Below, piece by piece: positions 1-8,940 of a stretch of 64,000 bases of DNA. How positions within the stretch are numbered: position 1 is the first letter of the stretch; every line of letters starts with the position of its first letter. The DNA is from Poseidonia sp. (GTDB taxonomy: Archaea > Thermoplasmatota > Poseidoniia > Poseidoniales > Poseidoniaceae). The DNA lies in NCBI GenBank assembly GCA_030829545.1, contig JAURAI010000004.1, positions 63,433 through 127,432 on the forward strand. Reading direction: 5' to 3'. Position numbers and translations under genes: made by a program. The notes below the pieces were generated by a model that did not search any database, was not told the DNA's origin, and saw only the letters and a list, made by a program, of their open reading frames with translations.

Positions 1-2
1 CA

Positions 3-1337
3 GGCCACGAGAAGATCTTGGGCGGTTCTGTCAGCGTCAAAGGAATGGATTCCTACGCCCAACGTTATGGCGGCCACCAATTCGGTCATTGGGCCGGACA
101 GTTGGGTGACGGGCGAGCGATTACGTTGGGAGAAGTCAAGACCGCCAGCGACGTATTGGAATTGCAATTGAAGGGAGCGGGCACCACCCCTTATTCGAGA
201 ACCGCGGACGGAAAAGCAGTGTTGCGTTCATCCATCAGAGAATTTCTTTGCAGTGAAGCTATGCACCATTTGGGTGTTCCGACCACCCGAGCCTTGTCGC
301 TGGTGACAACTGGGGAAGCCGTGGTTCGTGACGTCTTGTACAATGGCAATCCTGCTCCAGAACCTGGTGCAGTTGTTTGCAGAGTAGCCCCAAGTTTTCT
401 TCGCTTTGGAAGTTTCCAAATTCACGCAGCCATGGGAGACCGTAAGACCTTAGCAACCCTTGTGGAGCATACGGTCAAACACCATTTTCCTGACCATCAC
501 GTCAATGACGACGAGGGGCGGGTCGCATGGCTTGAACGCATCGCAGAAGACACCGCTGTGATGATTGCTCATTGGAATCGCGTGGGTTTCGTTCATGGCG
601 TTATGAATACGGACAACATGTCCATTCACGGGTTAACCATCGATTACGGCCCTTATGGCTGGCTCGAGGATTACAACCCAAACTGGACGCCCAATACCAC
701 TGATGCATCACGCCGACGCTACAGATACGGGCAGCAAGCCCATATCGGAGCTTGGAACATCGCCCGCTTCCTGGAATCCATCGGCCCTTTGATGGAGGAA
801 CCAGAACACTTGCATGAAGTACTCAATACCTACTATGCCGCTTACGAAAAACACAACAGCAGCATGTGGGCTGAAAAACTCGGCATGGATGAACTCAGGG
901 AATCGGATGCACCGTTGCTGGAAGACCTCGTTGCTTTATTGCAAAAGGTTGAGACGGACATGACCGTCTTCTTCCGCCTGCTTTCATCCCTTGAAGAACC
1001 GAAGATCAAGTATCTTCAAACTGCCTTTTACGATGTCACCCAGTGCCCCGAAGACGAATGGAATGGGTGGTTGAATCAATGGTGGCAGCGGGTTAAGGGG
1101 GAGCCAAATCGCGAACGGATGCGCCGTGCAAATCCAAAGTATGTACTTCGTAATTGGATGGCTCAAAAAGCAATTGAGGCTGCAGAAGAAGAGGATTTTT
1201 CAGTCGCAGAAACACTCTACCAATTGCTCAAGAAACCCTATGACGAACAGCCCGAGTTCGAAAATGAGTGGTTCAAAAAGCGGCCCGAATGGGCGAGGAA
1301 TAAAGTCGGGTGCTCGATGCTTTCATGCTCGAGTTAG
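3..1337 (+). CDS. selO: Protein adenylyltransferase SelO/YdiU family (5'-truncated at window edge)
   Basis: Motifs YGGHQFG..AGQLGDGRA, QLKGAGTTPYSRTADG, GFVHGVMNTDN, IDYGPYG, NPKYVLRNW. C-terminal CSMLSCSS is the Cys form and ends in TAG. The frame is open to the window start. Confidence 0.95.
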   Translation, partial: GHEKILGGSVSVKGMDSYAQRYGGHQFGHWAGQLGDGRAITLGEVKTASDVLELQLKGAGTTPYSRTADGKAVLRSSIREFLCSEAMHHLGVPTTRALSLVTTGEAVVRDVLYNGNPAPEPGAVVCRVAPSFLRFGSFQIHAAMGDRKTLATLVEHTVKHHFPDHHVNDDEGRVAWLERIAEDTAVMIAHWNRVGFVHGVMNTDNMSIHGLTIDYGPYGWLEDYNPNWTPNTTDASRRRYRYGQQAHIGAWNIARFLESIGPLMEEPEHLHEVLNTYYAAYEKHNSSMWAEKLGMDELRESDAPLLEDLVALLQKVETDMTVFFRLLSSLEEPKIKYLQTAFYDVTQCPEDEWNGWLNQWWQRVKGEPNRERMRRANPKYVLRNWMAQKAIEAAEEEDFSVAETLYQLLKKPYDEQPEFENEWFKKRPEWARNKVGCSMLSCSS

Positions 1338-1341
1338 GCGG

Positions 1342-1584
1342 TCACTTGAGCGGCAACGGATTGGAGCGCAATCGCAGACCCAATGCAAAACCGATGGTGT
1401 TGACGACAAGGTCAGAGATTTTGTTATCCCATGTCTCGGTAACGAAATCGAAGGGCAGGTACAATTCAAGCACTTCCCAACCGATTGACAGCAGAAAGAA
1501 TACCGGCCAGTTCTTGAGTAAAAAACACCCTATTGCTGTCCATTGCAAGAAATGACCAAGGGACCAAAGATTCAGCAGAACCAT
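1342..1584 (-). CDS. Small hypothetical membrane protein (80 aa)
   Basis: ATG start; hydrophobic helices with WSLGHF, IGWE..E and DLVVN motifs; fills the gap convergent to selO. Confidence 0.7.
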   Translation of the reverse strand: MVLLNLWSLGHFLQWTAIGCFLLKNWPVFFLLSIGWEVLELYLPFDFVTETWDNKISDLVVNTIGFALGLRLRSNPLPLK

Positions 1585-1721
1585 GAAAACGGTGTGATGT
1601 CCCCCCCTTTATGATGATTCATCCTGCACGCTTCACACGCCTCAACGCAGGAATTTCCTTGAACAAGTTCTCCCGAACCGATTATGAACACTTGGCTCGT
1701 GAAGCGGAATGAGGGGGAGCA

Positions 1722-3710
1722 ATGCGGGACAACTGGCCACCAAAGAAAATCGCATTGACCCCGGGGAAGCGCGTGCTGTTTCTCACCAAAGATTTGGACC
1801 TCATCAAGCAACAACTCTACGATGGTTTGAATCTCAAAATGGAGGACCTCTCAGTTGAAGACCTCCTCGACGACATCAACACCGACGTCATGACACCAGC
1901 ATGGGTCTGTTTCGACCATGACCCCGCTGAGATTGCAAAGAATGCCTATGCTGGACTCATGCACAACGGGTTGCGTGTCTTCCGTGAAAAGGCATTGAAG
2001 GACGGTAATTTTGAGGTGATTGTTTCTGGGCAACGGAAAGGAACGGGCTCAAGCCGAGAAACTGCTGCTCAATGCGAGCGATGGGCCGGGATCAACATCG
2101 TCATTGCTGCATCCTTCGCACCCATTCATGAACGCAATAACATCAACCTCGGTCAATTGATGGGCGACCACGCCATGCTGGAACGCCTCCAGCAAGGAGA
2201 GGAACTCGCCCTTTCGGAATTTACCGGCAGGTACGACCCCGTAACCCAACTCATCTTGGAACGCGGTGGTCTCTTCCCCTTCGCTAAGGCGCTCAAATCA
2301 GGCGGCCTTGATCTGCCTCCCTTGGACACGCCTTCACGCCCGATGACCATGGCTGAGCGAATCATCAGCCGCAACCTGGTCGGACAGCCCGATGGCCAAT
2401 GCGTCAAACCGGAGGACCCTGTCATCGCTCAAGTACAAGGGGGGTATTCTCATGAATTCACCACCGCACAGGTTCACACTTTCCTCCAAGAAGAATACGG
2501 CGATGATTACACCCTTCCCAACCCGAGTAAATTCGCTGTATTCGAAGACCACTTGCTCTATGCACAACACAATCCTAAATTCGTTCCTTTCATGCACAAA
2601 GTGCAAACACTTCGCGACTTGCAAGTGGCCTTCCAACAACATGCAGGCGTCCGCGATTACTCGGCGGTTGACGGCGTTTCTCCTGGCATTTGCCATCAGG
2701 TGGCTCGAGAAGAATTCATTGAGATCGGAGATTTCATCCAAGCAACTGATTCTCACACCTGTATGGGCGGGGCCTCCAATGCCTTGACATGGGGCGTAGG
2801 AGCTACAGAATATGCGAACCTTGTCAGTGCCGGATTTACCTTTGTCAAAGTGCCCGAATCAATTCGATTTGAACTGGTGGGGGAACTGAATCACGGATGC
2901 ACTGCAAAAGACGTCATCCTGGCTATTTTAGCCGACCACGCCCGAAAGGAGTTGACGCTCAATCGAAGCATGGAATTTGGCGGCCCTGGCCTCACCTCGC
3001 TCTCGGTGGACGAACGCGCTACCTTGTGCAACATGGCTACAGAGTGCTCAGGACGAACTGGAATTTGTGAAGCAGATGATGCATTGATGGAATGGATGCT
3101 CAATTCACAATCCAACCTCGATGAGGCGGAGCAGCGGTCTCGCATGGTCAAGCCTGATGAAGGCGCTCACTACCATGGTGGTGTGCACACGATTGACCTC
3201 TCCACCATCGTACCGATGGTCGCCCACCCCGGCGACCCTGACGAAGGAATTCCAAGCGATCCTACCAATGGAGCCAACATCGACGATATTGGGGCAGTAC
3301 ACGTTGATATCGCCTACGGAGGCTCATGCACTGCAGGGAAGGAAGACGACATTGCGTACTATGCAGAGGTTTGTCAAGCGGCCAAAGATGCGGGCCTCTC
3401 GGTCAAGGAAGGCGTTGACTTCTACATCCAATACGGTTCGGGCCAAGTCAAGGCCCTTGCAGAACGGAAAGGGTGGCACGACCTCTTCCTTGAAGTTGGT
3501 GTGAAACTCATTGACCCGGGTTGCGGCGCTTGCATTGGAGCAGGCCCCGGGGTCTCAATCACTCCCGAGCAGGTAACCGTTTCAGCGATCAACCGAAATT
3601 TCCAAGGTCGTTCCGGACCGGGTAAACTCTACCTCGCCAGTCCACTCACGGTAGCAGCCTCTGCCTTCACAGGCATCATTTCAGCCTGGAACAGCGAACT
3701 CTTCGCTTGA
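1722..3710 (+). CDS. Aconitase-family hydro-lyase with N-terminal LeuD-like swivel domain fused to a LeuC-like [4Fe-4S] domain
   Basis: N-terminal DDINTD, GTGSSRE, SFAPIHERNNINLG (small subunit). C-terminal DH, GICHQ, TDSHT, GGSCT, PGCGACIG, NRNFQGR, YLASP (large subunit, three Cys ligands). Confidence 0.9.
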   Translation: MRDNWPPKKIALTPGKRVLFLTKDLDLIKQQLYDGLNLKMEDLSVEDLLDDINTDVMTPAWVCFDHDPAEIAKNAYAGLMHNGLRVFREKALKDGNFEVIVSGQRKGTGSSRETAAQCERWAGINIVIAASFAPIHERNNINLGQLMGDHAMLERLQQGEELALSEFTGRYDPVTQLILERGGLFPFAKALKSGGLDLPPLDTPSRPMTMAERIISRNLVGQPDGQCVKPEDPVIAQVQGGYSHEFTTAQVHTFLQEEYGDDYTLPNPSKFAVFEDHLLYAQHNPKFVPFMHKVQTLRDLQVAFQQHAGVRDYSAVDGVSPGICHQVAREEFIEIGDFIQATDSHTCMGGASNALTWGVGATEYANLVSAGFTFVKVPESIRFELVGELNHGCTAKDVILAILADHARKELTLNRSMEFGGPGLTSLSVDERATLCNMATECSGRTGICEADDALMEWMLNSQSNLDEAEQRSRMVKPDEGAHYHGGVHTIDLSTIVPMVAHPGDPDEGIPSDPTNGANIDDIGAVHVDIAYGGSCTAGKEDDIAYYAEVCQAAKDAGLSVKEGVDFYIQYGSGQVKALAERKGWHDLFLEVGVKLIDPGCGACIGAGPGVSITPEQVTVSAINRNFQGRSGPGKLYLASPLTVAASAFTGIISAWNSELFA

Positions 3711-3850
3711 TTGACCTTCAACTCAGTGGTCAAATTTCGGCCCATTTCATCCTTCGTTGACTGTTGTGTATATTTACCCTCAAAGTCGGGGGTATGCTAT
3801 CTGTTGGCCCGACGTTGTCAAGACGGAGGAGGACCGAGGGAGTGGATACG

Positions 3851-5941
3851 ATGGCAGGAACTGCAGAGCGAATGGCGAGCAATCAGAAACAAGTAGCGAT
3901 TTCTGAATTTTTTGAGAAGAACAAACATTTCCTCGGTTTTGACTCCCTGCCCCGTTCCCTCATCACCGCCGTTAAAGAAGCGGTTGACAATTCCCTCGAT
4001 GCTTGTGAAGAGGCTCGGATTCTACCAGAGATCAAAATTCAAATCACAAAATTGGACGGAAAAAAAGACATCATTGAACTGAGAAGCGAAGACAACGGGC
4101 CGGGGATTCCTAAGAAGAGCATTGAGAAAGTGTTTGGACAGTTGCTCTTTGGTTCCCGTTTCCATGCCATTCGTCAGTCGCGTGGCCAACAAGGGATCGG
4201 GATTACCGGTGTTGTGATGTATTGCCAATTAACAACGGGACGCAAGACCCATGTGCGCTCAAAGATCGCAACCGAAACTTCCGCAGCGATTGTGGATATC
4301 GGGCTCGATACGCGGAAAAACAAAGCGACGAAAAGCGGTGAAGGACGTGAGTTGTGGGAGTTGCCTGACGGCACCCTGAAGGAACATGGTTTGGAAATCA
4401 CCGCTCAAATGAAAGCAAAATACCAACGCGGACGACAAAGTGTGTATCAGTACCTGCGGATGACCAGTATTGTCAATCCCCACGCAGATATCACCTTCAT
4501 CGACCCCGATGGAGAAACGCACCACTGGCCCCGAGTAACCGAGCGCCTTCCACGGAAGGTGGAGAGCATCAAGCCTCATCCTCACGGCATTCATTTGGGA
4601 ACCTTGCAACGGATGTGTACTGAATCAACCGATTCCCGAATGACGGTGTTTTTGCGCAATAATTTTTCTGGCGTATCCTCTCGTGCAGCGAAGGAATTGC
4701 TTGCAGCAGCAGAGATTGAAGAAAAGGCGAAGCCCAAATTGCTCAAAGCGGACCACTATCGAGCCCTTCTGGAGGCTTTTCAAGGCGAACGGATGCTGAA
4801 TAACAAGCCCGTTAAATTATTGAATCCGCCCACCAATTGTCTTTCTCCAATCGAAGAATTGCTGATCAAGAAAGGTCTGTCTAAAACCATCGATTCCCGG
4901 TATGTTACCACGATGACGCGCGCGCCCACTGTCACCCAAGGCAATCCCTACCAGGTTGAGGTCGGTCTCATCTTTGGAGATGGTATGGCTGCGGACAAGC
5001 CCGTTGAAGTGCTCCGCTTCGCAAACCGTGTCCCCCTGATGTACCAGCAAGGTGGGTGTTTGTTGACCAAAGCCATCGAATCCGTCGATTGGAGGCAATA
5101 TGGACTGGATCAAGCAGGTGGACGTGGCGTGCCGAAGGGCCCTGCTGCGATTCTCGTTCACCTTGCCAGTACCAACGTGCAATTTACCTCCGAGGCAAAA
5201 GAAGCACTTGCCGATAACGCCGAAGTTATTGATGAGGTGCGAAAGGCGCTGCTCGAAATGGGACGGGGTTTGCGTAAGCACCTTGAGAAGAAGAAGAAAA
5301 TGGCCAAAACTCAAGACAAATTCGAATTGGTCAACGACATTATTCCGGCCATTGCAGAAAAAGCGGCTGCAATTCTTGACCGCCCGGTTCCAAACCTCTC
5401 TGGCTCCATTACCCGAATCATGGGAGCCGTCATTTCCGAAGCAACGACGGTTTGGAATAAAGAAACCAAACAAACGGACGTTACAATCACGCTGTTCAAT
5501 TACACGACCCGTGCGCGTTCCTACACGCTCTTGGCCTCTTGGCCTGAGCGCGCTGGAGCGACCATGGTGAAGAATGAACAAGGTGGACGTAAGGAAGCAA
5601 GTGGAGTATGGGCGTGGAAGCTTGACACGCTGGAGCCTGGACAAACTATCACCTTCACTTATTCACTCACTGGGTTGGAGCGAGGAGATTGGACGGATAC
5701 CGATCTTTTCTATCGTGGAAGCCAAGAAGTGATCGGCGCGTCGAAGATGGATGAAAAACTCCTTGAGGAAATTCGCCGTCAAGAGGCTGCAGCCAACGGT
5801 GAGGATGAACCTGCAGATGATGAACCCGTAGATGATGGGGAGGAGGCAGAGCCAACAGCAGCACAGGGTTCAGAAATCAATGCCGACCCTCCTGCAAAAA
5901 CGGGTCAACAAACCCTGATGGGTTTCGGAGGTGATGAATGA
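3851..5941 (+). CDS. top6B: DNA topoisomerase VI subunit B
   Basis: ISEFFEKN, AVKEAVDNSLDA, EDNGPGI, QSRGQQGIG (GHKL), RFANRVPL, KEAL. Start moved to ATG 3851. Confidence 0.97.
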   Translation: MAGTAERMASNQKQVAISEFFEKNKHFLGFDSLPRSLITAVKEAVDNSLDACEEARILPEIKIQITKLDGKKDIIELRSEDNGPGIPKKSIEKVFGQLLFGSRFHAIRQSRGQQGIGITGVVMYCQLTTGRKTHVRSKIATETSAAIVDIGLDTRKNKATKSGEGRELWELPDGTLKEHGLEITAQMKAKYQRGRQSVYQYLRMTSIVNPHADITFIDPDGETHHWPRVTERLPRKVESIKPHPHGIHLGTLQRMCTESTDSRMTVFLRNNFSGVSSRAAKELLAAAEIEEKAKPKLLKADHYRALLEAFQGERMLNNKPVKLLNPPTNCLSPIEELLIKKGLSKTIDSRYVTTMTRAPTVTQGNPYQVEVGLIFGDGMAADKPVEVLRFANRVPLMYQQGGCLLTKAIESVDWRQYGLDQAGGRGVPKGPAAILVHLASTNVQFTSEAKEALADNAEVIDEVRKALLEMGRGLRKHLEKKKKMAKTQDKFELVNDIIPAIAEKAAAILDRPVPNLSGSITRIMGAVISEATTVWNKETKQTDVTITLFNYTTRARSYTLLASWPERAGATMVKNEQGGRKEASGVWAWKLDTLEPGQTITFTYSLTGLERGDWTDTDLFYRGSQEVIGASKMDEKLLEEIRRQEAAANGEDEPADDEPVDDGEEAEPTAAQGSEINADPPAKTGQQTLMGFGGDE
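5927..5934 (+). promoter_or_regulatory. Shine-Dalgarno site for top6A
   Basis: GGAGGTGA immediately upstream of ATG 5938/5941. Confidence 0.7.
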
Positions 5942-7038
5942 TGTCCGCCATGCACACAAGTGAAGAAACAAAGACAGCACTCCATGCTGTCGTTGAAGAA
6001 ATGTATGATAAAATCGTCAAAGGTGAGCCTCCAACGATGACCTTGCCGGTTCGAACCAAGAATAATATCGGCTTTGATAGCAAACTCGGCGTTTACAAGT
6101 ACGGCAAGAAGCGTTCTACTCGGGATGCGACGAGTTTGGGTTCAGCCAAGCAATTGCTTCGTGCATTGCACGTGGTCGAATTCATCGAAGAAATGATTGA
6201 TGCTGGGAAGTCTTCAACTCTCAGAGAAATGTATTATATCTCTGAGGCTTGGGGTCTTGGAAAGTTTTCATCTCAAAATGAATCGAATAATCTTGCTGAA
6301 GATCTGGAGGTCGTCACCAAATGCATGCGCGAGGATTTCAAATTACGGCCTGAAGAAGACGGGGCACGGATGATTGGAAATCTCACTCTTCGTGAACGAA
6401 ACCGAAGAGGCGAATGGATGCGAATCAATGCACGCGACGATGTTGGAGATTCTGGGTACGGTGTGCCTTACAATGTTGAAGAAGAGAAAATCGAACTTCT
6501 TGAACACGACATCAATTTCATCATGGCCATTGAGACCGGTGGTATGTTTGACCGTTTGATTGAAAATGGATTTGATGAAGATTACAAATGTGGTTTATTG
6601 CACCTCAAGGGGCAACCTGCACGGTCAACACGCCGAATCATGAAACGCATGAGCGAAGAATGGGATTTGCCCGTTGTTGTCTTCCTTGACGGTGACCCCT
6701 GGTCCTTCCGTATCTTCGCCTCCATCGCTTATGGAGCCATTAAGACCGCTCACATTTCAGAATACTTGGCCACGCCCTCTGCAACCTATCTCGGTATCAC
6801 GGCTGATGACATTGAAGCCTATGACTTGCCAAGTGATGACTTGTCGACGCGAGATGTCGACGCGCTGAAGGCAGAACTTTCCGACCCTCGGTTCGCTGAC
6901 CCATGGTGGCAGGAACAGATCAACATGATGTTGGAATTGGGGAAGAAGGCCGAACAACAATCACTTGCAAAATACGGTCTTGATTTCGTCACCGACACCT
7001 ACCTCCCCGAGAAATTAGCCGACCTTGGGTTGGCCTGA
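5938..7038 (+). CDS. top6A: DNA topoisomerase VI subunit A
   Basis: TLREMYY (catalytic Tyr), IETGGMF, KGQPARSTR, DGDPW (TOPRIM), KKAEQQ. Overlaps the top6B stop and is preceded by GGAGGTGA. Confidence 0.97.
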   Translation: MMSAMHTSEETKTALHAVVEEMYDKIVKGEPPTMTLPVRTKNNIGFDSKLGVYKYGKKRSTRDATSLGSAKQLLRALHVVEFIEEMIDAGKSSTLREMYYISEAWGLGKFSSQNESNNLAEDLEVVTKCMREDFKLRPEEDGARMIGNLTLRERNRRGEWMRINARDDVGDSGYGVPYNVEEEKIELLEHDINFIMAIETGGMFDRLIENGFDEDYKCGLLHLKGQPARSTRRIMKRMSEEWDLPVVVFLDGDPWSFRIFASIAYGAIKTAHISEYLATPSATYLGITADDIEAYDLPSDDLSTRDVDALKAELSDPRFADPWWQEQINMMLELGKKAEQQSLAKYGLDFVTDTYLPEKLADLGLA

Positions 7039-7083
7039 GCCCATGAGCGAGCCTTATGGAGGAAGAGGGTTTGGGGAATAACG

Positions 7084-8133
7084 ATGCAAGCCGGTGAACC
7101 CGCCAAGCGGTCTCCTTGGGCCATGCGACTTGCCATCGCTGGCGCGACCATGGTCGTCATCGGGATTGTGCTTGTCAGCAGCCAATCCAGTAACATTAGC
7201 GAGGCAATGGACCCGCGTGAAAACTACCACCAAACCTACGTTGGCCCCGGTAGTGAAGTTGCGGGACAATTAGACGATACATGTTATCGCTTCTATCAAC
7301 TCAGTGACGACCCTGAAATGAGTGTGGAATTGTTCCGAGTTGAAGGCTCCTCCATCTCGGGCGAAGCCATTGCAGAGGCTTCATGCAAACTTGACTTCCA
7401 ACCCATGACTCAAGAAGGCAATGTTCTCGTCGAACGCGCTTCCTGGAAATTGAATGAATCTGGTGAATACGCTGTCACCATCACCTGTGCGAACTCTTGT
7501 GAGAGTGCACAAGGTTGGTTCTCTTCCATTGATGCCTTCCAAAACAAATTATTCGAATCAACGACACTCCTCTTTGGTGCCACCATTTGCTGTTTTGGTA
7601 TTTTTACTACCCCTGTTGCACTCATCATTTACTTCGCATCCAAACCAAGTAAGACCCCTCGTGTCATGATGGTCGGAGAAGACGGGCGTTTGATTCCCAT
7701 CACCGACCTCAATCCAGACAACCCTGTGCTCTTTGACCAGCCTCAGGAGCAAGGACGTCCCGAACAGGGTCCAACCGTTGCGCCGCCATTTGCCGATACA
7801 GCCGAGCAGAATCAACCGGATGAATTCGTGGACGGACTGCCCGATGTTGCGGCAGGAAACTTGCTGACTACCGAACAAGTCTATGCCTTGATGAAAGGCG
7901 ATGTTGAAGCGGCACAGGAGCATGCTCGCTCGGGCCGTTACCAAGGTGCAACGGCAGAGGACGCTATTGAGGAGGCTGCCAACATGGCAGCCATTGCTTC
8001 ATGGGATGAAGGAGTCACTCTCGCCAAACAAGAGAACGAAACAACGCCCAACCAACGACCTGCGCCCAAGCCAGTGAAGACCACTTCAACGACCTTAAGC
8101 GATCAATCTTGGAAAGAATGGGAAGAGCTCTGA
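7084..8133 (+). CDS. Hypothetical membrane protein (two TM segments, extracellular Cys-containing domain, acidic tail)
   Basis: 349-aa ORF with hydrophobic segments near the N-terminus and the middle; no family recognised. Confidence 0.75.
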   Translation: MQAGEPAKRSPWAMRLAIAGATMVVIGIVLVSSQSSNISEAMDPRENYHQTYVGPGSEVAGQLDDTCYRFYQLSDDPEMSVELFRVEGSSISGEAIAEASCKLDFQPMTQEGNVLVERASWKLNESGEYAVTITCANSCESAQGWFSSIDAFQNKLFESTTLLFGATICCFGIFTTPVALIIYFASKPSKTPRVMMVGEDGRLIPITDLNPDNPVLFDQPQEQGRPEQGPTVAPPFADTAEQNQPDEFVDGLPDVAAGNLLTTEQVYALMKGDVEAAQEHARSGRYQGATAEDAIEEAANMAAIASWDEGVTLAKQENETTPNQRPAPKPVKTTSTTLSDQSWKEWEEL

Positions 8134-8187
8134 AGCAAACGATGAGTTCAAAGAGGGGTGCGGACTACCCAACCTCGAGTTGAGAAG

Positions 8188-8934
8188 ATGACTGACCTTG
8201 ACAGTGCCCTCTATTTGCTCCAAAACAAGATGCGTCGTCAAATTCTTGAACGCTTGATTCGAGAACCGCATTACGCCATGCAGCTCTCTCAAATCATCGG
8301 TGCAAGTCAACCTGCCATCGTCAAGCATCTGAAGGAACTCGAGGAGGGCGGCATGGTTTCAAAATCGAAAGTACCCTCAGAAAAAGGTGGCCCGCCACGA
8401 ACGATTTACTCAGTAGAGAAGGCCTTCTCGATCCAGATTGACCTTGGCCCGGACCTCTTTCGGTGCGAACAGAGAAAACTCCCTGCAGGAGGGCCAATGA
8501 GGCTCTCAACCCAGCTGCCATCAGCCTCCATCCCTGTTGCAGAAGCACTGGGTGGACGGAAGAAAATCGCCGTGGCCGAAGGATTGGCTCACCTCCGATC
8601 GTTAAGTGAGGTACTCGATGACCTCGATGCACAACGAGACGCTGTCATCGCCCTTCATCAGCACGTACGTCAGCGTGTTTCTGCTGGATTAGGCTCTGAT
8701 TTTGAACTCTATGAGGAACGAAGTATCATTCAATCCATCGTTGAATCAAACGGTGAGCGTTTGGACTTAGCATCGCTTATCCAACGAGAACTCATCGGTG
8801 ACACCAACGTAACAGAACTCATCGAAACACTACGAAGTCAACTCGAACGTCAAATCGCCCAACGCTCTGGACAAATCATCGCCGCTCCGCTCAACACTGA
8901 GCTACGCTGGTACCTCGGCCCGAAGCCAAAGTGA
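8188..8934 (+). CDS. ArsR-family winged-HTH transcriptional regulator
   Basis: LQNKMRRQILERL...SQPAIVKHLKELEEGGMV...GGPPRTIYS, followed by a coiled-coil. Confidence 0.88.
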   Translation: MTDLDSALYLLQNKMRRQILERLIREPHYAMQLSQIIGASQPAIVKHLKELEEGGMVSKSKVPSEKGGPPRTIYSVEKAFSIQIDLGPDLFRCEQRKLPAGGPMRLSTQLPSASIPVAEALGGRKKIAVAEGLAHLRSLSEVLDDLDAQRDAVIALHQHVRQRVSAGLGSDFELYEERSIIQSIVESNGERLDLASLIQRELIGDTNVTELIETLRSQLERQIAQRSGQIIAAPLNTELRWYLGPKPK

Positions 8935-8940
8935 ACTGCG

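Noticed and set aside
1308..1337. Selenocysteine in the SelO C-terminus
   Set aside because: The motif is encoded with Cys codons and ends at TAG; there is no in-frame TGA.
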